Shown here piece by piece: positions 22,255 to 32,379 of a stretch of DNA of 64,000 nt. Origin of the DNA: Trueperaceae bacterium. Lineage in GTDB: Bacteria > Deinococcota > Deinococci > Deinococcales > Trueperaceae. A program made the position numbers and the translations under genes. The notes beneath the pieces were generated by a model, which made no database searches, was not told the origin of the DNA, and saw only the letters and a program-made list of their open reading frames with translations. The stretch lies in contig CBDCDZ010000004.1 of NCBI GenBank assembly GCA_965215565.1, forward strand, positions 2,048,001 through 2,112,000. Reading direction: 5' to 3'. Numbering within the stretch: position 1 is the first letter of the stretch; the number at the start of each line of letters is the position of its first letter.

Positions 22255-23895
22255 TCACGAATCACTCCTACGCCGCCTGAAGAAATCGCTGAGCAGTTCA
22301 CCCGCCTCACGTGCTAAGACGCCGGGGCGCACCTCGATTTCTCTCTTCCAGGGCGACCTCCGCATATCGCTCACACCGCCCAGTGCACCTTCGCGCAGAT
22401 TCGGTGCCCCGTAGACGAGGCGGGGCAGGTGGGCTTGCAAGGCTGCGCCGAAACACATGGGGCAAGGCTCGAGCGTCACATAGAGCGTACACCCCGTCAA
22501 GCGCCAATCGCCTAGCTGGTGCGCCGCGTTTCTGAGCGCACGCACCTCAGCGTGGGCGGTGGGGTCGTGTTCGGCTTCGGTGGCGTTGGCACCCGAGCCG
22601 ATGACGCGCCCCTCATGAACGACGACCGCACCGATGGGCAGCTCTCCCCTAGCGGCGGCGGCTCGAGCCTGCTCTAAAGCCAAACGCACCCAGCGGACAT
22701 CACTGTCCTCTTGAGTTCGGGCGACGCGCACGTCCGCCGCTACCCCTTCAACCCACAACACCTCTTCCTCCGACGCGAGTAGGCGCAGCGTCCCGCGCGC
22801 CTCACGCGGGACTTTACGCCCAATCAAGAGGTCGCTCAGCTTCTTGCTGCCACCCGCTAAGCGGATGCGGTCACCGGGGCGGCGCGTGCGGTAGGTGGTG
22901 TTCGGAAAGGCGGCAAGCTTGGCGGGGTCAACTTCGGGTGGCAAAGCTTGAAGCGGGGCAAACTCGGAAGGCAATTCTGATGTGTTGGGAACAACCTCGA
23001 GCCGCCCGTACGCCAACCGCGCCGTTTTGTCTTTAGGCAGCGAGAGCCGAAAGGGTGAAGCGGTCATGAGGTGTTCACGGAGTGTCTCGACGTGAAAGAG
23101 GTCGGGCGGAACCTCGGCGCGGCGCAGGAGTTCGGCGATAGCTTCGCGTTGCACGGCGGCGTCTTCTTTCTGCAAGGCGCTGATGGGCAAGCCCTCCTCG
23201 AACAACCTCGCCGCGAGCCTTTCAAAGTGCGCTGCTTGATCGCGTTGTAAGACGGCAAGCTGTGCGAGTTGCCCCGCGAGGTTGGGGTAGCGCGCCCTCA
23301 AAAGCGGCAACACCTCGTGGCGCAACCACGCTCTCGTCTTGGAGAGGTCGGCGTTGCTCGCGTCCGTTCGGTAAGTCTGTCCGATAGTCGTCAAGTAACG
23401 CTCGAGGTCCTCTCGTGACCTCTCGAGCAGCGGACGCACCACCCGTCTCTGCTTGGCGGGCATCCCGCGCAGATAGGCGGCACCTCTTAGAAGCTGCATC
23501 AGGACCGTTTCCGCTTGGTCGTCTCGCGTGTGTCCGGTCACGACGGCGTCCGCGCCGAGGCGCTTCGCGGTGCGCGTGAGAAAGGCGTAGCGCAGCCGCC
23601 GCGCGGCGTCCTCTAGGTTCCACCCTTTCGCGCGGGCGATGCGGGCAACCTCGGCGCGTTCGGTGTGAAGAGGTAGGGAGAGGTCCGCGCAGAGTGACCT
23701 TACGAATTCGGCGTCCTCACCCGAATCAGGGCGCAAGGCGTGGTCGAAGTGAGCAATCTCTAAACGGTAGTCCAGGCTCCCGAGCAGCCTGAGCAGCGCC
23801 ACCGAGTCGGAGCCGCCCGAGACCGCCACGAGGAGCGTTCGGGCGGTTGGCTCGAGCCTCTTTATGCGCGCTTCTACGTGCTGCTCTAAAGTCAC
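22255..23895 (-). CDS. tilS: tRNA(Ile)-lysidine synthetase fused to a C-terminal TadA-like tRNA adenosine deaminase
   Basis: AVSGGSDS, EDAARRLRY, GHTRDDQAET, then GELPIGAVVV, DPTAHAE, LYVTLEPCPMC in one frame. Confidence 0.93.
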   Translation of the reverse strand: MTLEQHVEARIKRLEPTARTLLVAVSGGSDSVALLRLLGSLDYRLEIAHFDHALRPDSGEDAEFVRSLCADLSLPLHTERAEVARIARAKGWNLEDAARRLRYAFLTRTAKRLGADAVVTGHTRDDQAETVLMQLLRGAAYLRGMPAKQRRVVRPLLERSREDLERYLTTIGQTYRTDASNADLSKTRAWLRHEVLPLLRARYPNLAGQLAQLAVLQRDQAAHFERLAARLFEEGLPISALQKEDAAVQREAIAELLRRAEVPPDLFHVETLREHLMTASPFRLSLPKDKTARLAYGRLEVVPNTSELPSEFAPLQALPPEVDPAKLAAFPNTTYRTRRPGDRIRLAGGSKKLSDLLIGRKVPREARGTLRLLASEEEVLWVEGVAADVRVARTQEDSDVRWVRLALEQARAAAARGELPIGAVVVHEGRVIGSGANATEAEHDPTAHAEVRALRNAAHQLGDWRLTGCTLYVTLEPCPMCFGAALQAHLPRLVYGAPNLREGALGGVSDMRRSPWKREIEVRPGVLAREAGELLSDFFRRRRSDS

Positions 23896-23933
23896 TACGC
23901 CATTATCGCCTATTCAGCCCGCTATACTGAGCC

Positions 23934-25094
23934 ATGACCGTTACCATCATCGTACTCGATTCCGTCGGCGTCGGCGCGCTGCCCGACGCCGAGTCCTTCG
24001 GCGACGCGGGCGCGCACACGCTTGACCATACATTGGAGAAAACAGGCGTAGAGCTGCCGAACTTTCAGAAGTTAGGGCTGGGGAATATCCAGAGCGTCTC
24101 CTCCATACCTCCTGCTGACACCCCTTCGGGCGCTTACGGACGCCTCAATGAAGTCTCTCCCGGCAAAGACACCACGACGGGACACTGGGAGTTTATGGGC
24201 GTGCACCTCGAAGAGCCTTTCAACACCTTTGAGTGCTTTCCGCAAGAGGTCATGGACGCTTTTGATGAGGTGACGGGTACCGGGCATCTCGGCAACCGCC
24301 CCGCTTCGGGCACGCAGATTATCGAAGACTTGGGAGCCGAACACCTCCAGACAGGGCGACCCATCGTCTACACGAGCGCCGACAGCGTCTTTCAGATTGC
24401 GACGCACGTCGACGTCACGCCGCTCCAGACGCTCTACGAGTGGTGCGAAGGCGCGAGGGAGATTTTGAGGGGGAAGTACGCAGTTGCCAGGGTCATCGCC
24501 CGTCCTTTCAGGGGTGAACCCGGCTCCTTTACACGCATCGGCGAGGCGCGCAAAGACTTCTCGCTGACGCCGCCGCACCCAACCGTGCTCAATGCGCTAC
24601 GAAACGCTGGAGAAGAGGTCATCGGCATCGGGAAAATCCCGGATATCTACAACCACAGCGGCTTCACCCAAGAGATTCATACAGATTCGAACTTGGACGG
24701 CGTCGAGAAGACCTTAAATGCGATGCGAGCGCGCCCGAACGGGCTCATCTTTTGCAACCTCGTCGAATTCGACTCGCTCTACGGGCACCGCCGTAACCCG
24801 CAGGGCTACGCCGAGGCGCTCGGAGAGGTGGACGAGCGGTTGCCGGACCTCTTAGACGCGGTGGGCGAGGGTGACATGCTCTTCTTCGTGAGCGACCACG
24901 GCAACGATCCGACATGGCACGGCACGGACCACACGCGGGAGTACGGGCTCTTGCTTGCTTACGGTGGGCGGACCGCCGAGTTGGGCACGCGCGGGAGCTT
25001 CGCCGACTTAGGCGCGAGCGTGGCGGCGCTTTTAGGGGTGACGTGGGATGGCGCAGGCGAGAGCTTTGCGGCGCAGCTACAGGGCCCATCTTAG
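23934..25094 (+). CDS. deoB: Phosphopentomutase
   Basis: [52 protein letters not shown]. Confidence 0.96.
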   Translation: MTVTIIVLDSVGVGALPDAESFGDAGAHTLDHTLEKTGVELPNFQKLGLGNIQSVSSIPPADTPSGAYGRLNEVSPGKDTTTGHWEFMGVHLEEPFNTFECFPQEVMDAFDEVTGTGHLGNRPASGTQIIEDLGAEHLQTGRPIVYTSADSVFQIATHVDVTPLQTLYEWCEGAREILRGKYAVARVIARPFRGEPGSFTRIGEARKDFSLTPPHPTVLNALRNAGEEVIGIGKIPDIYNHSGFTQEIHTDSNLDGVEKTLNAMRARPNGLIFCNLVEFDSLYGHRRNPQGYAEALGEVDERLPDLLDAVGEGDMLFFVSDHGNDPTWHGTDHTREYGLLLAYGGRTAELGTRGSFADLGASVAALLGVTWDGAGESFAAQLQGPS

Positions 25095-25640
25095 GACGGC
25101 CCTAGCCCCCACGAGCAGCAGCGCCAGGCTGGAAAACGCGAGGTGCTGCGCGAACGATACGAGGTTACTCTGCCGCCACGTCCGCGCGAGTTCGCTTAGA
25201 GAGGGCTCTACGACAAATAAGAGTTGCGCTTCAGCGTCCGTTATAGAGATGATGTCACTCGTTGTAGTAACGTAAAGAGGTTCCAACACCTCGTCCTCAG
25301 CAAGCGTGCCCACTTGCAAGCTCACGACGTATGTGTAGGCGTTTTCGGGAAACCCCAAATAGGTTTCGGGGTCCAGGTAGCGCGCGTCCAAGTCTAGCAG
25401 TAGGGCGGCGCGCCGCCCTTCGCACGAACCTTTCACCTCGTAGCGCACGTCGGCGCGGCTCAGCGTAGCCTCCAACTGCTCACGTAACTCGCGCTTAAAA
25501 GGCGCTGTCTGAGGCGCGCCCGGTCCTGAAACTTCGGTTTCGACCGAGCGCGGCTCTAAGCAGAGCGTGGTCCTTTCTAGCTGCGGCTCAATGCGCCCGT
25601 GATCTGCGGACGCAAAAGCGAGCAGGGTGCAAAGGGGCAA
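25077..25640 (-). CDS. Hypothetical protein with a C-terminal hydrophobic segment
   Basis: 187-aa ORF co-oriented with the upstream lipoprotein; start uncertain. Confidence 0.6.
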   Translation of the reverse strand: MPLCTLLAFASADHGRIEPQLERTTLCLEPRSVETEVSGPGAPQTAPFKRELREQLEATLSRADVRYEVKGSCEGRRAALLLDLDARYLDPETYLGFPENAYTYVVSLQVGTLAEDEVLEPLYVTTTSDIISITDAEAQLLFVVEPSLSELARTWRQSNLVSFAQHLAFSSLALLLVGARAVLRWAL

Positions 25641-25657
25641 GAGGTGTAGAATGCGGC

Positions 25658-27004
25658 TCAGTTCTGCGGGACTCCTCTATACGTTTCCTCTTGGAAGCTA
25701 CCCTCGGCACTGTTTCCGACTGATCCACCTGTCACATAGATATTTCCGTTCATCGCGCCGCTCACCATAGACTGAAGAGGGGTGGGCAAATCGGTGAGCG
25801 AAGTCCACTCGTCCGCCGCTGGGTCATAAGCAAACACGTCGCGAACGGCGTCTAGGTGGTTCACCTCGCCGCCCACCACAATGATGCGCCCGTCCAGAGC
25901 GAAGCTCGAGTTAGAGATGTGGCTGAGCCCTTTGGGCAGGCTTTGCACCGCGCTCCAGGCGTCCGCCGCCGGGTCATAAGTGTGCACGTCAGCGTAGGTC
26001 GTGAGCGCGCCGTCATGGTCCGTCTGTCCGCCGATAGCGTAGATTTTGCCGTTCAAAACCGCCGAGCCCAAGTGATTGCGCGGCGCAGGCAGGGGCGCAG
26101 CTATCGTCCAGGAGGTCGCGCCGTTCGCTAGGTCGAGGACGAAGTGATAGGCGACGTCGCTCTGGCGGTTCGCACTCGTCCCGCCGAAGTAGTGGAGCTT
26201 GCCGTTTAAGACTTCCATCTGTCCCGCCGAATGACGGTTGTTGGGTCCGCTCTCATCGGTCTGCGGCAGGTCAGGTAGGCGGCTGTAGCCGTCCTCGGAA
26301 ACATCGTAGCGCCACACTTCGGGCGTGCCGAAAATCTGAAAGTCGCCGTCCTCGTCCGAGGTGTAGCCGCCTGCGAAAAAGATATCCTCGCCGTCCGTCG
26401 CCGTGCCCGCGTGCGTCACGCCGCCGTAGCCCGTACCGTTCATCGGCGGCATATCCGCAAGAGAGGTCCAGGTGTTTTGCTCGGGGTCGTAAACGTAGGC
26501 GCGCGCGGTCGGCGTAAAGTTGCCCTCGCGCACCTCCAAGATGTCGAAGCCGCCGAAGACGTACATCTTGCCGTCCACCACCTCGCCTTGCGCCTCCGCA
26601 ACCTTATATTCCTGCGGCGCGACGCGCTCCCAGGTGAGATCGGTGAACGCGGGCTCGGGTTCCGTCTCGCTTACTGTGACCGTCGTCGCTTGCGCATCAT
26701 CCTCTTCGCCGTCGCTGACCGTGAGCGTCACTCCATACTCTCCGGCGGCGTCGTAGGTATGCGCCACCTGGACGCCCTCGCCTGTCTCTCCGTCTCCAAA
26801 GGTCCAAGCGTAACTGAGCGCGTCGCCTTCGGGATCACTCGAGCCCGAAGCGTCGAAGATCACCTCCAAAGGCGCGTCGCCGCGCTCGGGCGTCGCACTA
26901 AAGGCGGCGCTGGGCGCTTCGTTGGGTGGGACAGGCTCTACCTCGGGTTCGCAGGCGATGAGAAAGAGCAGTAGAAAGAGAAAAGTTAAGTTGTGTATAC
27001 GCAT
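25658..27004 (-). CDS. PKD-domain/Kelch-repeat lipoprotein
   Basis: Lipobox LIAC, PKD (FDASGSSDPEGDALSYAWTFGDG), about six Kelch repeats (GG...YDP...W). Confidence 0.9.
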   Translation of the reverse strand: MRIHNLTFLFLLLFLIACEPEVEPVPPNEAPSAAFSATPERGDAPLEVIFDASGSSDPEGDALSYAWTFGDGETGEGVQVAHTYDAAGEYGVTLTVSDGEEDDAQATTVTVSETEPEPAFTDLTWERVAPQEYKVAEAQGEVVDGKMYVFGGFDILEVREGNFTPTARAYVYDPEQNTWTSLADMPPMNGTGYGGVTHAGTATDGEDIFFAGGYTSDEDGDFQIFGTPEVWRYDVSEDGYSRLPDLPQTDESGPNNRHSAGQMEVLNGKLHYFGGTSANRQSDVAYHFVLDLANGATSWTIAAPLPAPRNHLGSAVLNGKIYAIGGQTDHDGALTTYADVHTYDPAADAWSAVQSLPKGLSHISNSSFALDGRIIVVGGEVNHLDAVRDVFAYDPAADEWTSLTDLPTPLQSMVSGAMNGNIYVTGGSVGNSAEGSFQEETYRGVPQN

Positions 27005-27211
27005 GATGCCCCCCTGGGTAGCAGATAGTCGCGCCTTGGAACACGGGCGATTTAACTCGAGCGAATATAGACAAACGCTCTTGGTTTGACGATTTGCCGC
27101 AATGAAGCTGCGCGGTGTATAAGCGCAAACACTTCACCAGTAACGTAAGTTCTTATAATAACCCCGGACCTGAGTGCGCCTTTGGACCTATGAACACTTC
27201 GTTAAGAGTTT

Positions 27212-27337
27212 TATACGGATTCCGGTGAGCACGGAAGAAACTCCGAAGGAGTTTATGCAGTAATCAATCGGAATCCGTACTTTTTCATCTCGCATCCGCT
27301 CCGGGTAATTCCTACGGGAATTACCCGGAAACCGTAT
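27212..27337. repeat. Deinococcus-type short palindromic repeat (SRE/SNR-like MITE)
   Basis: ATACGGATTCCG...CGGAATCCGTA...CTCGCATCCGCTC...CGGAAACCGTAT with internal hairpins; family assignment is from memory. Confidence 0.6.
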
Positions 27338-27381
27338 TACCTCGAGCCGAGTCCATTTGACGCAAGCAGCGTCACGGCGCA

Positions 27382-27411
27382 ATAAAAAAGCTCGAGCTTG
27401 GGCTCGAGCCT
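27382..27411 (-). terminator. Intrinsic terminator of the alpha operon
   Basis: Minus strand GGCTCGAGC-CCAA-GCTCGAGC-TTTTTTAT just after rplQ. Confidence 0.8.
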
Positions 27412-27428
27412 CTTCAGACTGTGGGCGT

Positions 27429-27794
27429 TTATTCAGCGTCGTCAGTGACGAGTTCGATAAGCGCTTCTTGCGCCCCGTCGCCGCGGCGCTGCTCTAGGCG
27501 GTAGATGCGCGTGTAGCCACCCGGACGCGACGCGAAGCTCGGCGCGATATCGTCCATGAGTTTACGCACGACCTCTTGATCGTGAATCTCGCGCAGCACC
27601 AGGCGGCGAGCGTGCAAATCGCCCCCCTTAGCTGTCGTGATGAGCTTCTCAACGTAAGGGCGGAGGTTTTTCGCCTTCGCGAGCGTGGTTTTGATGCGTC
27701 CGTGACGTAAGAGCGCCGTCGTCTGAGCGCGGTTGAGCGCGATACGGTGGCTACTGCTGCGGTTAAGCTTGCGTCCGCTAATTTGATGTCTCAT
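27429..27794 (-). CDS. rplQ: 50S ribosomal protein L17
   Basis: MRH...[28 protein letters not shown]. Confidence 0.98.
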   Translation of the reverse strand: MRHQISGRKLNRSSSHRIALNRAQTTALLRHGRIKTTLAKAKNLRPYVEKLITTAKGGDLHARRLVLREIHDQEVVRKLMDDIAPSFASRPGGYTRIYRLEQRRGDGAQEALIELVTDDAE

Positions 27795-27875
27795 TCTCGA
27801 TCCTCCCTACAGAAGTAGCAGGAACGGACCACGAAAGAGGGGTGGCCCTTAACTGCTAACCGTACAAACTTGGGT

Positions 27876-28811
27876 CTATTCCTTGAGCGACAGCCCACGC
27901 GAATTGAGCTGCTCGATGATCTCTTCTAGTGACTTGTCACCGACGCCGCCCACTTTTTTGAGGTCGCGTTCGCTGAGCGCTAAAAGCGCGTCCACCGAGT
28001 CGATACCCTCTTCTTGGAGGGAGTGAAGGACGCGGCTAGATAAGTCTAAGCTCTCTAAGCTCATGCGCACGGGTTCGCTCTTGGTGATGGTGGACTCGTC
28101 CGCGACTTGCGTCGGTGCGCTGACGACGGGTACAGGCTCCTCGACTTCGCCCTCGCCACTAAAGACGCTGAGCTGGTTGCGCATCGTCTCAACCGCCATG
28201 TTGAGCGCCCGCTCCGGCTCGACGCTGCCGTCCGTCCAGACGCGCAAGACCAAGCGGTCAAGGTCAGTTTTTTGCCCGACGCGGGTGTCTTCGACGCGGT
28301 AGGCGACGCGGCGCACGGGCGTGTAAACCGCGTCCACCGGGATCGAGTTGATGCGGTCTTTCGTCGCGTGAATCTCGGCGGGGATGTAGCCCACACCGGG
28401 CTCGACGCGCACTTCCATGATGAGCTTGCCGCCCGTCAAGGTGGCGATGTGAAGCTCGGGGTTAATGACTTCCGCGCCCATCGGCACTTCGAAGTTCGCC
28501 GCTGTGACCTCGCCCGACTCTTCGGCGCGGAGCATGAGGGTGACGGGCTCGTTGTCGTGCAGCTTGACGACTAACTCTTTGAGGTTGAGGATAATCTGCA
28601 TGACATCCTCTTTAACGCCGTCAATCGTGGAAAACTCGTGTAAAACGTCCTCGATGTAAACGCTCGTGACCGCTGTACCGGGGATGGACGAGAGCAAGAT
28701 GCGGCGGAGCGGGTTGCCCAAGGTGACGCCGTAACCGCGTGGCAGCGGCTCAACGACGAACTCACCGTATCTGTCGGTGGCGTTGCTGGTAAATTCTGGG
28801 GTGATTTGCAT
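27876..28811 (-). CDS. rpoA: RNA polymerase alpha subunit
   Basis: EPLPRGYGVTLGNPLRRILLSSIPG, VLHEFSTIDGVKED, DAVYTPV. Confidence 0.98.
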   Translation of the reverse strand: MQITPEFTSNATDRYGEFVVEPLPRGYGVTLGNPLRRILLSSIPGTAVTSVYIEDVLHEFSTIDGVKEDVMQIILNLKELVVKLHDNEPVTLMLRAEESGEVTAANFEVPMGAEVINPELHIATLTGGKLIMEVRVEPGVGYIPAEIHATKDRINSIPVDAVYTPVRRVAYRVEDTRVGQKTDLDRLVLRVWTDGSVEPERALNMAVETMRNQLSVFSGEGEVEEPVPVVSAPTQVADESTITKSEPVRMSLESLDLSSRVLHSLQEEGIDSVDALLALSERDLKKVGGVGDKSLEEIIEQLNSRGLSLKE

Positions 28812-28913
28812 GAAACTCCTGAAGAGGTGAAAGGACTGAGTGCTGAGGACTGAGTAAAACCTCTTTTCTCCCTACGAGGTTTTCAACTACTCAGTCTTCA
28901 GTCCTCTTCTCTT

Positions 28914-29543
28914 TTACCTAGAATAATACTCGATAACCTGAAGCTCATTCACCGGCACCACGAGGTCTTCTCTCGCGGGTGGGCGCAGGAACTTGCCCTT
29001 CAAGTTTTCGGGGTCAAACTCGAGCCAGGGCGAGAGCTTGCGGCGGCGGGTCGCCTCGACGTTCTCGCGAATCAAACCGAACGAGCGCGCGCTCGGCAAG
29101 ACCGAGACCTCTTCGCCGGGGTTGACGGGGTAGCTGGCGACATCTAAGCGTCTGCCGTTCACACCGATATGCCCCTGGTTGATGAACTGACGCGCCTGAG
29201 CGCGGCTGCTGGCGATACCTAGACGGTAAACGATACTATCCAAACGGCTTTCCAGAAGGGATAGGAAAACTTCTCCCGTTGCGCCTTCTTGCCTAGTGGC
29301 TTCGTCGAAGAGGTTCTTAAACTGCTTCTCGCTCATGCCGTAAAAGCGGCGGAGCTTCTGCTTCTCGCGCAACCGGATACCGTAGTCGCTCATCTTGCGG
29401 CTGCGGCGCTGTCCGTGTTGTCCGGGCGGGTAGGGACGCTTCTCTATGGCGCACTTCGCGCTGTAGCAGCGGTCCCCCTTGAGGTAAAGCTTCGTCCCCT
29501 CGCGGCGACAGAGCTTACAGACGGGTCCTGTGTAACGTGCCAT
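28914..29543 (-). CDS. rpsD: 30S ribosomal protein S4
   Basis: MARYTGPVCKLCRREG, PPGQHG, LESRLD, EYYSR. Confidence 0.98.
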   Translation of the reverse strand: MARYTGPVCKLCRREGTKLYLKGDRCYSAKCAIEKRPYPPGQHGQRRSRKMSDYGIRLREKQKLRRFYGMSEKQFKNLFDEATRQEGATGEVFLSLLESRLDSIVYRLGIASSRAQARQFINQGHIGVNGRRLDVASYPVNPGEEVSVLPSARSFGLIRENVEATRRRKLSPWLEFDPENLKGKFLRPPAREDLVVPVNELQVIEYYSR

Positions 29544-29707
29544 GAATCTCCTTCAAAAAATAGGGTGAGGTGGTCTCTTAACGTTTCTACTGAGAAAGCT
29601 TGTCAGCACTTCAGCATAGGTGAAGGCTGAAAGCCTTCGAGCTTCGCTCTAACCTATGTCAGCATGTCAGGTTTCGGTTTTCCCTGACAAGCTGAAGTGC
29701 TGAGTTG

Positions 29708-30106
29708 CTACATCCGTTTACGCTTACGCAGCCTGCAGCCATTATGCGGAACCGGCGTCGAGTCGATGATCGAGCGCACGTTCACGCCCGTGCCTTGAAT
29801 CGAGCGGATGGCTTGCTCGCGCCCCGAGCCTGTGCCGCGAATGACGATGTCGAGTTGCGATAAGCCCATGTTCTGCGCCTTGCGCGTGGCGTCGGCGGCG
29901 GCGAGTTGAGCGGCGTAGGGCGTGCCTTTTTTCGAGCCCTTGTAGCCGATGCTGCCCGAGCTAGACCAGGCAACGGGGTTGCCGTCCATATCGGTGATGG
30001 TGACAATCGTGTTGTTGTAGCTCGCGTGGATGAACGCTTTGCCCTCGGTGAGGTTGCGTTTGACGCGCTTTTTGGCGCTTCTGCCTCTTGCGGGTGTCTT
30101 AGCCAT
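29708..30106 (-). CDS. rpsK: 30S ribosomal protein S11
   Basis: HASYNNTIVTITD, TPYAAQ, TPVPHNGCR. Confidence 0.98.
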   Translation of the reverse strand: MAKTPARGRSAKKRVKRNLTEGKAFIHASYNNTIVTITDMDGNPVAWSSSGSIGYKGSKKGTPYAAQLAAADATRKAQNMGLSQLDIVIRGTGSGREQAIRSIQGTGVNVRSIIDSTPVPHNGCRLRKRKRM

Positions 30107-30483
30107 TATTTCGTCGCTTTCTTCTTACCGGCAACCGTGCGGCGCGGACCTTTGCGGGTGCGGGCGTTCGTCTTACTGGACTGACCGCGCACAGGTAGAC
30201 CGCGGCGGTGACGCAGACCGCGATACGAACCGATGTCCATAAGACGCTTGATGTTCAGTTGAATCTCGCGGCGCAAGTCACCTTCAACTTTGTAAGTGTT
30301 CTCGATGATTTCGCGGAGCTTAGCGACTTCGGTTTCCGCTAAGTCTTTCACGCGGGTGTCGGGGTCAACTTCGGCTTGGGTGAGGACGGTCTGCGAGCGG
30401 CTCGGACCGATGCCATAGATATAAGGAAGCGCCGCCTCGACGCGCTTCTCGCGGGGTAAATCAACGCCTGCAATACGTGCCAT
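30106..30483 (-). CDS. rpsM: 30S ribosomal protein S13
   Basis: [25 protein letters not shown]. Confidence 0.98.
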   Translation of the reverse strand: MARIAGVDLPREKRVEAALPYIYGIGPSRSQTVLTQAEVDPDTRVKDLAETEVAKLREIIENTYKVEGDLRREIQLNIKRLMDIGSYRGLRHRRGLPVRGQSSKTNARTRKGPRRTVAGKKKATK

Positions 30484-30485
30484 GC

Positions 30486-30602
30486 TTAACCTTGCCTTTG
30501 CTTATGCTTGGGGTTCGACGAGCAGATGACGTACACCTTGCCGTGCCGACGGATGACTTTACACCTGTCGCAGATGGGTTTAACGGATGCGCGAACTTTC
30601 AT
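30486..30602 (-). CDS. rpmJ: 50S ribosomal protein L36 (zinc-binding type)
   Basis: Translated by hand: [38 protein letters not shown]; too short for the ORF track. Confidence 0.96.
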   Translation of the reverse strand: MKVRASVKPICDRCKVIRRHGKVYVICSSNPKHKQRQG

Positions 30603-30639
30603 GTGTACACCTACTTTCCTATTTCTCTAATTCTCATTG

Positions 30640-30732
30640 CTGAGTTTGAATAACGCAGCTATCATCTTAGTATGTGAGTTCTAGTCGATTCTTTCTCGAG
30701 TGAGCCCATCTCTGACCAGATAATACCTGCTA
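30640..30732 (-). repeat. Repeat family B, copy 2; its TAG is the infA stop codon
   Basis: Minus strand TAGCAGGTATTATCTGGTCAGAG...AGATGATAGCTGCG...CTCAG. Confidence 0.75.
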
Positions 30733-31017
30733 TTTTCTGTAAACGATGCGCCCTTTTTCAGGGTCATACGTGCTGATTTCTAAAACGACGCGGTCTCCAG
30801 GAAGGATGCGGATGTAGTGGCGGCGCATCTTGCCGCCGACGTGGGCTAAGATTTCGGGACCAGCGTCGAGTTGGATTAAAAACGTCGTGTTGGGGCGCGC
30901 CTCTAGGACGACCCCTTCGGTACGTATCGTGTCTTGTGTGGTCTCTTCCGGGCTCTCCCGCTCTTTGCGGGGTCCACCGCGGCGGCGAGCGCCACTGCCG
31001 GATTTTCTACGCGCCAT
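30730..31017 (-). CDS. infA: Translation initiation factor IF-1 with a basic N-terminal extension
   Basis: [44 protein letters not shown] before MARRK. Confidence 0.95.
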   Translation of the reverse strand: MARRKSGSGARRRGGPRKERESPEETTQDTIRTEGVVLEARPNTTFLIQLDAGPEILAHVGGKMRRHYIRILPGDRVVLEISTYDPEKGRIVYRK

Positions 31018-31819
31018 AAGCGCCTCCTTCCGCCACAAGCGCGCGGGGCGCTTGGTTGTGAGCGGTGAGAATTCGCGGACCGTCAACGGTAATCGCGACG
31101 GTGTGTTCGAAGTGCGCGGAGAGGCTGCCATCTGCGGTGGGAGCCGTCCAGCCGTCCTGTAAGATACTGACCGTGGTTTCGCGTTGCGTCACCATCGGTT
31201 CAATCGCCAAGACGAGACCGGGGCGTAAACGTGGACCTGTTCCTGCGCGTCCATAGTTGGGTACGTCGGGACCTTCGTGAAAGCTACTGCCGATGCCGTG
31301 ACCGACAAACTCCCTGATTATCCAAAAGCCTGCCGCCTCAACAACGTCCTGGATTGCCACGGAAACGTCGCCGAGCCGGTTGCCTGCTTGCGCGGCTTCG
31401 ATGCCTGCGTAGAGCGAACGCTCCGTAACATCCAAAAGCCGCTGTGCTTCAGGCGAGACCCGACCTACGCGGTAGGTCTTCGCCATATCTGCAGCATACC
31501 CCTTATAGAAGGTGCCGATGTCAACGGAGAGAACATCACCTTCCTTGAGGGGCTTGTTATCTGGGATACCGTGAACGACGATATCGTTGACTGAGGTGCA
31601 GAGCACGCCGGGAAAGGGGACGACAGAGTCGGAGGAGCCCCGGTAGCCCTTGAAGGCGGGGCGTCCACCACGCGAGCGAATTGCCTTCTCCGCAATCCGG
31701 TTGAGCTGCGCCGTCGTCGCGCCAGGTTTGATGTGCGGTTCGATACTCTCTAAAGCCTCACGGTTCACCACAGCAGCCTCCGCCATCAGCTCGATCTCGG
31801 CTTGGCGCTTCAAGATCAA
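31007..31819 (-). CDS. map: Methionine aminopeptidase type I
   Basis: [36 protein letters not shown]. Confidence 0.97.
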   Translation of the reverse strand: MILKRQAEIELMAEAAVVNREALESIEPHIKPGATTAQLNRIAEKAIRSRGGRPAFKGYRGSSDSVVPFPGVLCTSVNDIVVHGIPDNKPLKEGDVLSVDIGTFYKGYAADMAKTYRVGRVSPEAQRLLDVTERSLYAGIEAAQAGNRLGDVSVAIQDVVEAAGFWIIREFVGHGIGSSFHEGPDVPNYGRAGTGPRLRPGLVLAIEPMVTQRETTVSILQDGWTAPTADGSLSAHFEHTVAITVDGPRILTAHNQAPRALVAEGGAYGA

Positions 31820-32379
31820 GGCAGGACCTCGGAGATGCGGGCGAAGACCTCTTCGACGGAGCCCGTGCCCTCCACGCGGCGGAGTTTGTTTCTCGAGTCG
31901 TAGTAGTCCACGAGCGGCTTCGTCTTCTCTTCGTAAGTTTCCATGCGGTTATTGACGGTCTCTTTGTTGTCGTCCGCGCGTCCTTCTTCTTCGGCACGTT
32001 TAAGAAGGCGGTTACTGAGTTCTTCGCGGGGGACCTCAATTAGGATAACAGCGGTCATCGGCGCAGACATCTCTTCTAGAAGGGTCCCTAATGCCTCGGC
32101 TTGTCCCGTTGTACGCGGAAACCCGTCCAAGAGAACACGCACCTCGTCTTGATCGGCCATCTCTTGACGCACCATGCCGACGATGAGGTCATCGGAGACA
32201 AGCCCGCCTTCGTTCATGACACTTTCAGCCTGCTGTCCCAACTCCGTCCCACGCTTGACGTGATCGCGGAGCATGTCGCCCGTCGAGAGCTTGCGCAGGT
32301 TGCGAGCGCGGGCGAGCTTCTCTGCCTGCGTCCCTTTGCCCGCGCCGGGGGGGCCGACGAGGAGTAGCACTTCCGACAT
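31816..32379 (-). CDS. adk: Adenylate kinase (short-LID type)
   Basis: GPPGAGKGTQA, STGDMLR, LDGFPRT, RADD. Confidence 0.97.
   Translation of the reverse strand: MSEVLLLVGPPGAGKGTQAEKLARARNLRKLSTGDMLRDHVKRGTELGQQAESVMNEGGLVSDDLIVGMVRQEMADQDEVRVLLDGFPRTTGQAEALGTLLEEMSAPMTAVILIEVPREELSNRLLKRAEEEGRADDNKETVNNRMETYEEKTKPLVDYYDSRNKLRRVEGTGSVEEVFARISEVLP

Noticed and set aside
22062..22310. Long N-terminal extension of the ABC transporter ORF
   Set aside because: It overlaps the tilS-tadA end and crosses a REP arm and lower-GC spacer; ABC-like sequence begins near 22052-22061.
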